The notes: generated by a model from the letters alone, not told the origin. A DNA stretch of 64,000 bases from Octopus vulgaris (GCA_951406725.2 OX597824.1:17174001-17238000); one strand, 5' to 3'. Shown: positions 1 through 14,605, counted from the first letter of the stretch. Made by a program: numbers and translations.

Positions 1-33
<33 letters not shown>

Positions 34-417
34 CTCTATATATTTATACGCACATATATTTCATATATATAATATATATACATATGTACATGTGTGGGTG
101 TATGTATATATATGAATTAAATTACTCATGCACAAATACGTAGAAATATATACACTTATATATAAATATGCGGCGTGTAGGAGTGTCTCCAGTTGTGCTC
201 TATGCATAAAGAGCGTTGGTACATTAATAACTGCAAGCGATGATATTTCGCGGAGTTACAGTCCACTGCAATTCGCATACAGTGAGGTGAGATAATGAAA
301 ACATGGCCACAATTAATCACTCTATTCATACTAATTAGTTGATTGAATAACCACATAAATAACAATACTGACGGATAGAAAACGTACGAAAAACAAATAC
401 ACATACATCCACATATA

Positions 418-456
<39 letters not shown>

Positions 457-506
457 TTATATATATGTAAGTAAGTACGCGCGTATACGATTACGTCTAT
501 ATGTTT

Positions 507-561
<55 letters not shown>

Positions 562-736
562 TGTGTGTGTGTGTGTGTGTGTGTGTTGTTCATTCCTATT
601 ATCAAACATATTTCAAACGGTAAATCAATTCTCAGACATATTTTACAAAAACGGCCATTCTTTGAAGCAGGTCTTTCATAGCTTCTGCGAAGAAGAATAG
701 ATACGTTTTCACACTTATATACACAGAGAAATGCAC

Positions 737-787
<51 letters not shown>

Positions 788-954
788 GATATATATATAT
801 ATGTATGTATATGTATGTATACACACACATACACGGTCTTAGAAATGTAATGCGTATTGTATTACTGAGTGTGTATGTGGGAGGGTGTGTGCTCATGGAG
901 TAAATAATCGCGCTTCATGTTTTGGGTTTCTGCTCTCACTATACTTTTACATAT

Positions 955-1016
<62 letters not shown>

Positions 1017-1070
1017 ATATATATGTACGCATGTATGTATATATACATATATATATATACACGTATATAT

Positions 1071-1112
<42 letters not shown>

Positions 1113-1172
1113 GTATATATATATATGTAAATACACACATATGTATATATTTATATACATATATATATATAA

Positions 1173-1214
<42 letters not shown>

Positions 1215-1255
1215 GACTGTGAATATATGTATATAGATATATATATATATATATG

Positions 1256-1327
<72 letters not shown>

Positions 1328-1809
1328 TACACACACGCACATACACGCATATACACACACATATATACATATGTAGGAATGTACGTAGATAGGCAGGTAT
1401 ATTCGAAGAGAGTGTGAGCGAAAGCGGAAGAGGGGAGAGTCAATTCGACAGAAAGGATAGGAGAGCGAAAGAGAAATAGAGAAAGAGACAGAGACAGAGA
1501 CAGACAGACAGAGACAGGGAGAGAACGAAAGAGAAAGGGAGAGAGAGAGAGAGAGAGGTGTGGGGTAGAGTGAATGAAGTGCCGTCAGTCATTTTTGCTT
1601 GTTTTATTGTCCATGCATATGCTGACAGCTATTGTTCTTCAGCTTTGTAACTCGTATTATATATTGTGCCAATTTGTTGTATATATATTTATATACACGC
1701 AAGCAAGCACCACACAAACAAACATACACACCTATATATATATATAAACATATATGCATACAATCATGCACACACACGAAAAAATATGTGCGTGTGCGTG
1801 TACATAAAC

Positions 1810-1864
<55 letters not shown>

Positions 1865-2189
1865 TGTATTTGTGCTTATATGGATGGATACATTGTACAT
1901 TTATCAATGTATTTATCGGTTTCTTTGAAAAGAATACAGGAAATATTTCCTTTTGGCATATTTCCAACCAACCGCCGTTATTCTTCACTCACTCCATATT
2001 TTTGTACTCAATTCTGTGTGTGTGTCTGTTTGTATACATAACATACGCATAGATAAATAAATACACACACACACATATATACATAGACATATATACAATT
2101 GTGTGCCTATATATATATATATACACATATATATATATATGCGTGCCTGTGTGTATATGTATATATGTATATATTTATATATGTGCGTG

Positions 2190-2237
<48 letters not shown>

Positions 2238-3313
2238 CACCTACATACATGCAAACTGCCATATTTTCATATATGTGTATGTATACATTCAGACGTGGGC
2301 AATCACACAGACACTCATAGGTATATATTAAATATATGAATGTATTCATATACACATACCTATATGTATTTATACCTATATATGCTTACGTGTCTTCACT
2401 TATACACGTACACGCGCCTGCTCACGCAGGCACAATCACACACACACAAACACACACACAGACACGCACACACACACACGCAGTGGAACACATATATACA
2501 TACCCAGATACAGATACTTATTTCCATATATTTATATTTATATATGTGTGTGTGTGCGTATATGTATATACATGATTTTGTGTGTGAGTGTTCGTGTGTG
2601 AGTCTGTATGTATGTGTGTGTGTTTTGTTATTGTTTATGTGTGGTGAGTACACAAAACGAGACCAAGAGGGTGGAGAGATTGCGGAAAGAGAAGTGGAGA
2701 AAGAAGGAATTTATACACAGAAAAATGAAACTGTAGATACATTTGGTCGCTTATTGTTATCAATTTGCTAACTGCCACATAATAATAATAATAAGCTGAT
2801 ATCATCGAGTAAATAGTGCCTGGGGCAACAACTAATTTTGATAATGATAACACAGTGATTACATAATGAAAATAATCGCTTACCTTGTATATATGTGGTT
2901 ATATGCTTTTATGTCATTGTGACTATTTGTATGTTTGTAAAATAAACATGGCGTATATTTTACACGACACCGAAAGTAAACTGAATCAAATTTTATTGAA
3001 GCTAAGCACACACAGACGCATACTGAAGCATATACACTTACAGTAGCATACTCAGAAACGCATACACATAGTGACAGGCACACACACGTACATTTAGTGA
3101 AAATGCTGTCTGATATGATTACACTGAAATTTACTGGAACAATGGCAGCGTGTGAACAATGAAAGCATTTAACGCAAATGTACGCAAAGTTGTGCGCCCG
3201 TTCTTCAGTTTTTCGACCAAGTAGCTTCCCAATTCTTAAAAATTCCGACCATATATACAAACGCATACACATTCACTCACCGAAACGCACACACACAAAT
3301 ACGAACACAAACG

Positions 3314-3398
<85 letters not shown>

Positions 3399-3673
3399 GC
3401 ACACATATGTACATACATAATGCTGGGTATGATTGTAACAGCAATCGGTAGTCGGGTCCTGGTGTTCTTGGCTTTTGGATCTGCTGTTACTGTTCTTTCC
3501 AGATCTACTCTAACCCAAAGTAACAACACCTGTCAAGATATCTCAACTATGGATTAATTAGCAATATGGGTGGGCGGATGTAAATTGTTAGCCTGGTAGT
3601 GGTGGTAGTGGTGGCGGTGGTGGTGGTGGCGGGGACATCGATTGGCGGACACATCTAAGGAAAACTCTGATAG

Positions 3674-3731
<58 letters not shown>

Positions 3732-3841
3732 ATCACGTGACCGACCAGACCATCAGATGTTTCTACACATCGCTGGTCACAATGCGTTCGCATTGTTTTA
3801 GCCTTCGAATGACGCCACCCCGCTGGCTAAGTGAGCTGGCC

Positions 3842-3879
<38 letters not shown>

Positions 3880-3891
3880 CCACACACACAC

Positions 3892-4784
<893 letters not shown>

Positions 4785-4880
4785 TAGAAATTGAAACCAA
4801 AACAATAACTTGAAAAATTAAATAATTTAATAATTAAATCATGAATTGAATTCAGGTTTAATTACTGTATACAAATGAAT

Positions 4881-4954
<74 letters not shown>

Positions 4955-4955
<1 letters not shown>

Positions 4956-5170
4956 GTGGTAAGTAGCTTGCTTAACAACCACACGGTTCCGGGTTCAGTC
5001 CTACTGCGTGGCAGCTTGGGCAAGTGTCTTCTAGTATAGACTAGGGCCGACCAAAGCCTTGTGAGTGGATTTGGTAGATTGAAACTGAAAGAAATCCGTC
5101 ATACATATGTATATGTATATATATATATGTATTTGTGTCTCTGTGTTTGTCTCCCCAAAATCGCTTGACA
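4955..5170 (+). mobile_element. SINE family A, partial copy
   Basis: TGTGGTAAGTAGCTTGCT...GGGTTCAGTCC (B-box-like)...TTGGGCAAGTGTCTTC, matching the full copy at 26682-27093. Confidence 0.85.
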
Positions 5171-5472
5171 ATGATAAAAAGAAATCCAGACAATATTTTG
5201 AAAAATAACTTTCATCAAAACAAGAACCCTCCTTGGAGTAGCCACCTAGTTTTGCCATTTTCAAAGGCCAAGAATCACTTTCTATTGAAAGAACTTTTCC
5301 TTCTTTCTCTCCTTCTCTTTTCCATTGACACTCGTTTCAGATACAAAGATACAAACATACACGCACAATCACTAATTTTGTCCCCATTTCTCACCCTCTT
5401 TTACTATGCTATCTCTCCACCCCTACACACTCAAAAATTCTACAAAAAGAGACGTGACATATTAATAAACAT

Positions 5473-5884
5473 ACTCTTTACTCTTTTACTTGTTTCAGTC
5501 ATTTGACTGCGGCCATGCTGGAGCAGCGCCTTTAGTCGAGCAAATCGAGCCCATGAATTATTCTTTGGAAGCCTAGTAGTTATTCTATCGCTCTCTATTG
5601 CCGCAGGGCTAAGTTACGGGGGCGTAAACTGACCAACATCGGTTACCAAGCGATGTTGGTGGGGGACAAACACAGACACACAAACATATACACACACATA
5701 CATACATATATACATATATACATATATACGACGGGCTTCTTTCAGTTTCCGCCTACGAAATCCACTCACAAGGCTTTGGTCGGCCCGAGGCTATAGTAGA
5801 AGACACTTGCCCAAGGTGCCACGCAGTGGGAATGAACCCGGAACCATGTAGCTGGTAAGCAAGCCACTTATCACACAGCCACTC
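5473..5884 (-). mobile_element. SINE family A, near full length
   Basis: Reverse complement of the family A consensus, including the internal microsatellite and the ...GACTGAAACAAGTAAAAGAG tail. Confidence 0.9.
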
Positions 5885-5899
5885 ATACATCTGTAAATA

Positions 5900-6202
5900 T
5901 AGAACCAATTTCAGATACAAAAACACAAGCACACACACACACACACGTACACACACATACACACACATGCTCGCTCTCACTTTCTCCCCATTCATCACCC
6001 TCTTGTACTATGTTATATCCCTCCCCACCACTACACACTCAATAACACTATAAAATGGTCAGATTTTTCCACAAGAACTTAGTTCAATTAGAATACCCTA
6101 TTAGAATGGACGAAAGCGCTAAGATATGATATATGTTATATGATGCATAAAAACATGTAATATACAAATACATATCTGTAAATATAAAACCATTCTCATT
6201 TC

Positions 6203-6205
<3 letters not shown>
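5900..6205 (+). mobile_element. Decayed Penelope-like element fragment (related to 5330-5450 and 19730-20340)
   Basis: 5960-6080 matches the reverse complement of 19840-19960, which adjoins a GIY-YIG remnant. It also contains a decayed HHR 3' half (TGGAC GAAA GCGC TA). Confidence 0.5.
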
Positions 6206-6256
<51 letters not shown>

Positions 6257-6260
<4 letters not shown>

Positions 6261-6464
6261 AATTGCAGCGTGGAAGGTAGCACGGATTTTGTCAGTGAAC
6301 AGGTCGCGGATTTTAGCGACGAAAATATTTTGACAAATTAAGCTTAAATGTTGAAGTGAATCGAACGGCTTTTGTGTGTTTCTTAAATGGCTTACAAACA
6401 CCTTCCACGCTGCAATTGTTTTCGTTTCAGCACACGATCTCATATCAAATCACTTGCTATGCGA

Positions 6465-6470
<6 letters not shown>
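6257..6470 (+). mobile_element. Penelope-like element terminal (pLTR-like) fragment with short inverted end, inserted in (TA)n
   Basis: A 22-bp inverted repeat (AAACAATTGCAGCGTGGAAGGT) at 6257 and 6399-6420; carries an HHR motif; near-identical to 6980-7170. Confidence 0.65.
6288..6337 (+). ncRNA. Minimal type I hammerhead ribozyme motif, G3-C8 variant
   Basis: Helix I TTTGTCA/TGACAAA; core GTGAACA; extra G; helix II GTCGC/GCGAC; GAAA; A-ATAT-T; U at position 17. Confidence 0.7.
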
Positions 6471-6520
<50 letters not shown>

Positions 6521-6674
6521 TCGAGGGTAATGTTATAGGCAATTATATATATATATACATTTATTTTGAAGCCCCAAAGTGTGGAAGGTAACGCTAAGTA
6601 AGTGCTATGGACAGACAGTAGTCTTGGTTCGGTAGTGATACGAGTGAGAAGTGTTATGTAGTTCTTGTATTAGC

Positions 6675-6825
<151 letters not shown>

Positions 6826-6914
6826 AATATAAACAATTGCAGCGTGGAAGGTGTTTGTAAGCCATTTAAGAAACACACAAAAGCCGTTCGATTCACTTCA
6901 ACATTTAAGTTCAA

Positions 6915-6965
6915 TTTGTCAAAATATTTTCGTCGCTTTAAGAACGCGACCTGTTCACTAACAAA
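6915..6965 (-). ncRNA. Minimal hammerhead motif, G3-C8 variant (left arm of palindrome)
   Basis: Minus strand reads TTTGTTA GTGAACA G GTCGC GTTCTTAAA GCGAC GAAA ATAT T T TGACAAA. Confidence 0.65.
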
Positions 6966-6985
6966 AATCCATGCTGCATCTGATT

Positions 6986-7036
6986 TTTGTCAGTGAACAG
7001 GTCGCGGGTTTTTAGCGACGAAAATATTTTGACAAA
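6986..7036 (+). ncRNA. Minimal hammerhead motif, G3-C8 variant (right arm of palindrome)
   Basis: TTTGTCA GTGAACA G GTCGC GGGTTTTTA GCGAC GAAA ATAT T T TGACAAA. Confidence 0.7.
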
Positions 7037-7679
7037 TTAAACTTAAATGTTGAAATGAATCGAACGGCTTTTGTGTGTTTCTTAAATGGCTTACAAATAC
7101 CTTCCACGCTGCAATTGTTTTCGTTTCAGCACACGATCTCAGATAAAATCACTTGCTATGCGAGTACATCTCCGTAATATATAAATATATATTAGACAAA
7201 ATGTGATAATAAAGCCATGGGTGTGAGAAGATTTCAGGACATTTATAAGGAAGAAGATATAGATATAGTCTTTCAGTTGTTTCCATAATATCCCAGACCA
7301 TATGTATATCTTTTTCCCTTTAAATGTGCTGAAGACCCTCGCAAGATATTATAATAGTAAATTAATATATCATGATATATTAAATACATAATAATATAGG
7401 TATAACAATTAAAACCAAATAGCCAAAATGTATACGTGAAGGTGCAAAATCGTACCTGCAGTTGCTAGAAATAAGAGCTAAAAATATAACTCAGGTAACA
7501 CCAACAACTTAGAAACCTCAGGAGATAGTCAAGGATTGCGAGTGGCAAGCCACATTTTTCTTCCACTAGATAAACTCACATAATGAAGTAGTTTGAAAAA
7601 ACCCTGTCCTGTGATTTCAAAATTTTTACTAATGTTTCTTGTTTCTCCTCAGGAGTTTCACCTGGTTAAAGTGTATTGT

Positions 7680-8056
7680 GGAAGCACTCCATCGATTACG
7701 ACGAGGAGGGTTCCGGTCGATCCGAATCAACGGAACAGCCTGCTCGTGAAATTAACGTGTAAGTGGCTGAGCACTCCACAGACACGTGTACCCTTAACGT
7801 AGTTCTCGGGGATATTCAGCGTGACACAGAGAGTGACAAGGCCGGCCCTTTGAAATGCAGGTACAACAGAAACAGGAAGTAAGAGTGAGAGAAAGTTGTG
7901 GTGAAAGAGTACAGCAGGGATCACCACCATCCCCTAACGGAGCCTCGTGGAGCTTTAGGTGTTTTCGCTCAATAAACACTCACAACGCCCGGTCTGGGAA
8001 TCGAAACCGCGATCCTATGACCGTGAGTCCGCAGCCCTAACCACTGGGCCATTGCG
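7680..8056 (-). mobile_element. SINE family B (tRNA-Arg-like head)
   Basis: Reverse complement of 24201-24583. TSD GGTTAAA(G/A)TGTAT at 7664-7676 and 8057-8069. Confidence 0.92.
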
Positions 8057-8112
8057 GGTTAAAATGTATATAAAAATACAACGTGTTATTATAATAGTAA
8101 CTTAACATATTG

Positions 8113-8279
8113 TAAATTGTCAAACGCAGAATAATGCTAATAATATAGCCTAGACAGGATAAGCTACCCCTATTTTGCAGAAAAAAGTGTTGGCGGCCGC
8201 CGAGACTTTTTCTGCAAAATAGGGGTAGCTTATCCTGTCTAGGCTATATTATTAGCATTATCCTACGATCGACAATTTA
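8113..8279. repeat. 167-bp foldback palindrome (MITE-like)
   Basis: The arm ATAATGCTAATAATATAGCCTAGACAGGATAAGCTACCCCTATTTTGCAGAAAAA is mirrored around the central GGCGGCCGCC (8192-8201). Confidence 0.9.
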
Positions 8280-8533
8280 AAATCACTTCTTTAACTTTCT
8301 AAGACCTTTCAACGCTTCTAAAGCAAACTTCCTTTGTTTGTTTACGTTCATCGGGATTTTAATTTAATATATTTTAATATATTAAATACATTATAATACA
8401 TTACAGCAATTGAAACATAAAATGCAAATATATATATATTTGTATATGTGTGTGTGTGTGTGTGTGTGTATATGCAATAATATACATTCACTTGTATATC
8501 TATACAAATAAATTTTACATAGGCGATTCTTTT

Positions 8534-8580
<47 letters not shown>

Positions 8581-8595
8581 TATATGTATATATAG

Positions 8596-8697
8596 TTAAT
8601 CCAAACATGAAAACACAAAGAGAAAACACAACAACGCGAGGACGTGGAACAAATATAGTATTATTGGACGCTCAGGTAGGAAGGGAAGAAGGAGGGT
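8596..8697 (-). mobile_element. Penelope-like terminal fragment (same family as 23338-23557)
   Basis: Reverse complement of 23450-23555; flanked by (TA)n; truncated before the HHR. Confidence 0.6.
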
Positions 8698-9296
8698 ATA
8701 TATATATATATATAGAATACGAACTGGGACAATAACGCAAACCATCTGGAAAGTTACGTGATACAAAAATTGGAACAACAAAACATCCAGATTGACGATA
8801 TAAAGAAGACAAACACGGGTTATTCGATGTTTTCTTTCCTCAGTCAAGTAGTACCAGATTATGTTCGCAGTTTCGGCTGATTATACTCAAGATTGCTCCA
8901 ATCAGGCCAGCCCCAAGGGAAAACTAATGCAAGAGCATTACATTCCTTGGAAGACAGTAGAAAATGTATACGAAATCAAGGCCGGATAAAGTCAGACAAT
9001 GTTACGCAATTACAATAAATATAATGACTGGACATAACAGCAGGTGTCTTTCGACTAAGGACGAATTAAATTAAGCTGGCATGTGTGGAAATAAAGCCTT
9101 ATGGCAGAGATACAAGATTTCATAGGCACAGGGAGAAATATCGATGTTGCACGGACAACGGGCAGACCATGAGAGAAAGATCAGGATTCGCCGAACGCCG
9201 GTCACGTGGGAGGAGAAGAGAGAGTGGTAGAGGCAGAGGGACAAAAGAATTAAGGAGGGGCGAGAAAAAATGACAGGGACACAGTGAAGTGAGAAG

Positions 9297-9354
<58 letters not shown>

Positions 9355-9808
9355 GTATACATATAATCATAAATACACACACACACGTTTTGATACGTAA
9401 CAGGCAAGTAGAGCGAACAATATTTTTGTCACTTTTCACCTGATTAATATCTATGTATACCTACATACATATATAAGTATAATGAAAAATTATACACGGA
9501 TCTGTGGAAATAACTCACACACGCACAAAAATGCGCGCACACACACGTGCACAGGCATACACACACACGGTTAATACACACGCACAGACGTCGGCACACA
9601 TGCATAGAAATGCTTACAAACACGTTCAACTGCACACTCAAACTGCTGCACACCTACCTTTGTGCAAATATATATATATATATATATATAAATTTATGTA
9701 TACACACACACATATATATATATATATACATATATACATATATAAATATATATATTATACATGCATATGTATATATATATACATATATACATATGTATAT
9801 ATAGATAG

Positions 9809-9845
<37 letters not shown>

Positions 9846-9921
9846 GTGTGCGTATGTGTTGATATTTATACATACGTATATATATTCATATATACATAGA
9901 TGCATACGTACATTTATATAT

Positions 9922-10018
<97 letters not shown>

Positions 10019-10379
10019 TACATACATATACACACACACATATTTATATATATATATATATGTACTCACGCAACCAGATATCCACAAGTATAAAGACATT
10101 CTAACAGACACTGACACGCAGTCATAGTGTTAATGACACATACGCAGTCTCTTTCACAGACATATACACACAATTGCAGACACACACATTGTTAGAGGTA
10201 AGGGAGAGAGAGAGAGGGGGGGGGGGAAAGAGACAGTGACAGAGAAAGAGAGACATCGTCAACAATTAATCGATCCACAGCAATGAGAAAAGTCGGTTAA
10301 TTACGTCTGGTGCACTGAGTAATGTCTTACATTTCTCGTATTGATTCACCAGTGTCATCATAGCATTGTCTCTGCGCTT

Positions 10380-13300
10380 TGATGGTGGTTGAGGTGGTTA
10401 TGTTGTTGTTGTTGTTGTTGTTGTCGATGGTGGTGGTGGTGGTGGTGGTGGTGATGGTATTGGTGGTAGTGATGGAATGGGGGGAGGTGGTAGGCGGTGG
10501 TGAGTAATGCAATGGTTGTCGTTGTTGATGTTGGTGCTGCTGCTGCTGATGATGATGGTGATGACGCTTCGATGGTGGTGGTGGTGGTGGCGGCGGCGCT
10601 GTTGTTGTTGTTGTTGTTGATAGTGGTGGTGGTGTTGTTGGAGGTGGTGGTGGTGGTGGTGGTAGTGATGGTGGTGATCGTGTAGATAGTGTTGGTGTCG
10701 TTATTGGCTTTGTGACTAGTGGTGGTGGTCGTGGTGGAATGGGGTAAGTGGTAGGCAATGTTTGTCATTGCTGATTATGTTGCTGCTGCTGCTGCTGATG
10801 ATGATGATGGTGGTGATGACACTTCGATAGTGGTGGTGGTGGTGGTGTTTGTGTTATCGGTATTGGCGGTAGTTTCAGTGATGCTAGTAGCAGCTTTGCT
10901 TTTCTTACTATTACTGTTGTTGGTGTTATAGTTGGTGTTGTTGTTGTTGATGGTGATGGTAGAGAAGACGGTGGCAGTGGCGGTGATAGTAGTATAACTG
11001 TTGCTGTTGTTATAGTTGTTGTTATTTCGATGGTATTGATGGTGGTGGTATTGGTGATGACGATGGTGGTTGAACTGTTCCTGCTATTGCTGTTGTTGTT
11101 GTTGTTGTTGTTGTTGTGGTGGTGGTGGTGGTGGTAGGAATGGTGGTGATGGTTTTGGTGATGGTGGTGGTAGTGCTGGTGGTAGTGCTGGTTGTGTTGG
11201 TGGTGGTAGGAACGGTGTTGCTGGTTTTTGTGGTGGTGGTGGTGGTGGTGGTGGTAGTAGGAATGGTGATGGTTTTGGTGGTGGTGGTGGTGGTGATGGT
11301 GATGGTAGGGGTGGTGCTGGTTGCAATGGTGGTGGTGGTGACGGTAGGAATGGTGGTGCTGGTTTTGGTGGTAGTGGTGGTGGTAGAGGTAACTGATGTA
11401 AATTTGTGGGTGGCAGTCGGATGTAGTGTGAGATCTCCTAAGATGGTGATAGTAGCGGTGGTAGTGTCTAAGCTGGTAGTATTGGTGGCGGTGGTAGTAG
11501 TGGAGACACTGATGGTATGAAGTGTTACTAGGTCTCAGGCAATGGCGGTTTTGTCAGTGGCGTCATTAACCCTGTTTTTTTTTTTGTTGTTATTAGTAAT
11601 GGTGTTAATGGTGGGAACGTCGGTGTTGATGGTGATGGCGATGGTGGTGATGATGGGATAGTGATGGTGGTGGTGGTGATGATGGTAATAGGGGTAGCGG
11701 TGACGGTTTTAATTGAACCGATGAGGGCGGTGGTTGTGGTGGTGTTGATGGTGCTGCTGTTGATGGTTGTTAGGATGGTGGTGGTGATGGTGGTGTTGGT
11801 GGGAATGGTAGTGGTAATGGTGAAGCTGGTTGTGATGGTACTAGTGGTGTTGGTGGTTTGGTGGTGATGGTCGTGTTGGCAGTAATGGTGGTGGTGGTGG
11901 TGGTTTGGTGGTGGCAATGACGGTGTTAATGGTACCGATGATGATGGCAGTCGCGGTTGTAATGGTGTTGATGGTACCTCTCTTGATGGTTGTGACGATG
12001 ATGGTATTGGTAATGATGGTGGTGACTGGTGATGGTAGAAATGTCATCATGGTTGTGATGGTGTTAATTAGATTCGCTTCATAGTCATGGTGATGATGAT
12101 GGTAGAGGTGATGGTGGTGGTGATAGTGATGATGATGATGGTAGTAGTGGTGGTGATTATGATGATGGTGATGGTGGTGGTGTTGGTGGTGATGATGATG
12201 GTGATGGTGGTAGCGGTGGTTGTGATGGCAGTGATAGTGGTGGTGGAGGTGATTTTGGTGGTGGTGGTGAGTGAATGTTATGATTACCTGTGATCGTGCT
12301 GATAGTGCTATTGATGACGCTGGTGATGATGATGAAGATAATGATGATGATGATGAGGGGGAGGATGACGGCGATCAGGATGATAATAATCATGACAGCT
12401 ATGATGATGATGATGATGATAGCGATGATGATGATGATGATGTTGATGACAGCTATGTTGATGGTGATGATAATGATGATGGATATGTTGATGATGATGA
12501 TGATGATGATGATGGCTATGATGATACTGATGATGATGCTGATGATGGCTATGTTGATGATGATAATGATGATGGATATGTTGATGATGATGATGACGGC
12601 TATAATGATGAGGACGGCTATGATGATGATGATGATGATGATGATGACAGTGATTGTATAATTCTCGATGTTGTTGGTAATCATGGTAGGAGCCATGGTG
12701 GCGACGGCAGAGGTGTTGTCGGTGGCGGTGGTAATGCCGCTATCGATTGGTGGTGACGGCGGGGACGGCAGCGGCAGCGACATCTACTGGCAATACTGGA
12801 ATGGTTGTTGGATGGTTCAGAACGTCCCATTGGCTGGCCCCGGTAATGACACTTATACAGCTCGCAATGTTGGCCGTGGTGATGACAAGTGCCTACATGT
12901 GTTGGTAGTGGTGGTGGTGGTAGTGGCGGCGGCGGCGGTGGTGGTAGTGGAGGTGGCGGTGGTGGCGGTTGTGGAGGTGGTGGTGGGTGGCGGTGGTGGT
13001 GGTGGTGGCGGTGGTGGTGGTTGTGGCAGCAGCGGCAGTAGTGGTAGTAGTGGAGGTGGCGGTAGTGGTTGTGGCGGTGGTGGCGGTGGTATTAATTTCG
13101 GCGTTGGTGACGATTGCAGTGGTGGTGGTTGGTAATGGCTGAAGTGCTGTAAGTGCAATGGGAGCTGTGGTAAGAGGCAGGGATTAATGTTGTGGTGGTT
13201 GTTATAATATTGAAGGTAATGATCCACATGATGACGATGATGACGACAAAGACGACGCAGTGGCGGTTATGGGGGCGAAGGTGATGATGAGATGGTGTCG

Positions 13301-13721
13301 ATGATTATATTGCTTTGTTTTGCTGTGTTGTAGTTGTTGTTGTTGGAGGTGGTGGTGGTGGTGGTTGTGATGATGATCTTCATCCTGATGATGATGATGC
13401 TGAAGCTGATGATGACGGCGATTATCATGACGATAATGATGACGGCTATGTTGATGGTGGTGATGATAATGCTGCTGCTGCTGCTGCTGCTGCTGATGGT
13501 GATGGTGGTGGTGATGATGATGATGATGATGATGACGACGATGATGATGTTGATGATGATGATGATGACGACGACGATGATGATGATGATGATAATGATG
13601 ACGGCTATGATGATGATGAGGAGGAGGATGAGGAGGAGGAGGAGGAGGATGACGATGATGATCACGATGATGATGACGATAATGATGACGGCTAAGATGA
13701 TGAATGATGATGATGACGGCT

Positions 13722-13756
<35 letters not shown>

Positions 13757-14490
13757 AATGATGACGATGATGATGATGATGATGATGATGATAATGGTAA
13801 CGACGACGATGATTTTAAGAAGGGAAAAAAAAGAAACGTGTGCAGAGGAGAGATTTGGAAGTAGAGCGCTATGAGTTTAGTTAAGAGATAAAAACGCGGG
13901 AATAACAAGAGGGGAAAAACAAAAACAACAGCAACAGCAACAATATTAATAAGAACAACAACAACAACAAAAAATTAACACCGAGATCGGCAAGTACACT
14001 AATAACACCAGCAATGGCAACAACATCAATGACAACAATAAAATAAGAAGAAGAACAACAACGATAAAATTAGAACAGATTCGTTAAATAACAACCAAAA
14101 AAAAACAAATGTATAAATAGCAATAAAAATAGGTACAAAATTAGCAACACCGCCGTTAACAACAACAAAAACAATGTCAACGGCAGAATCGGGGACAACA
14201 GCAGCAACAACAACAACAACAACAACAGCAATAGGAACGACGAAACGAAGATGGTGTGGCGGCGACGGCGTCGGCGACGAGCGGCGACGAGGAGCGGCGA
14301 CGAGAGAAATTGGTGCTGACAACAACATGTGGTAAAAATGTGTCTGCGGCTGCCGTTGCAGCAACATGAGGCGTCGAAGATCAAAAATAGCAAATGAAAG
14401 AAGATCAACAACAACAACAACAACAACAGCAGCAGCAGCAGCAGTAGCAGCAGCTAAGAACAACTGCAACAGCAACAGCAACAAGAAGAT
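10380..14490. repeat. ~4-kb compound trinucleotide low-complexity block (GGT/GAT/GTT/GCT, then CAA/CAG)
   Basis: Directly visible tracts with internal duplications (10470-10600 vs 10735-10850; 12340-12650 vs 13410-13790). Confidence 0.95.
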
Positions 14491-14605
14491 TGACAATGTT
14501 AAGTAGCGAAAGTAAGGTTATAAATAATCTGAGGAAGATCAAAGCTAACTGCAAAAATATATTGATTCCTCGTATTGATACTAAGACAGAAGTTCGAACG
14601 ACGGG

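Larger units (their letters stand above)
6831..7178. mobile_element. Penelope-like terminal sequence forming a ~290-bp inverted duplication (6831-7120)
   Basis: 6831-6970 is the near-perfect reverse complement of 6981-7120 with a ~10-nt spacer. One HHR motif lies in each arm. Confidence 0.7.

Noticed and set aside
156-2771. Long ORFs rich in YI/HT/CV dipeptides (also throughout the window)
   Set aside because: They are translations of (TA)n and (CA)n microsatellites with no domain content.
2884-2980. Possible minus-strand exon with AAG|GTAAGC donor
   Set aside because: Weak acceptor, no recognisable peptide, no partner exons.
3419-3529. Possible minus-strand exon (AG..GTATGT), VLLLWVRVDLERTVTADPK...
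   Set aside because: Poor polypyrimidine tract and no recognisable homology; cannot be supported without RNA data.
7215-7345. Imperfect hairpin with a GAAACAACTG-like HHR 3' half
   Set aside because: The catalytic core is absent in the right context; too decayed to call.
10327-10768. Pro/Thr/His/Gln-rich ORFs ending near a GTAAGA donor
   Set aside because: Multiple frames are open because of trinucleotide repeats; no coding evidence.
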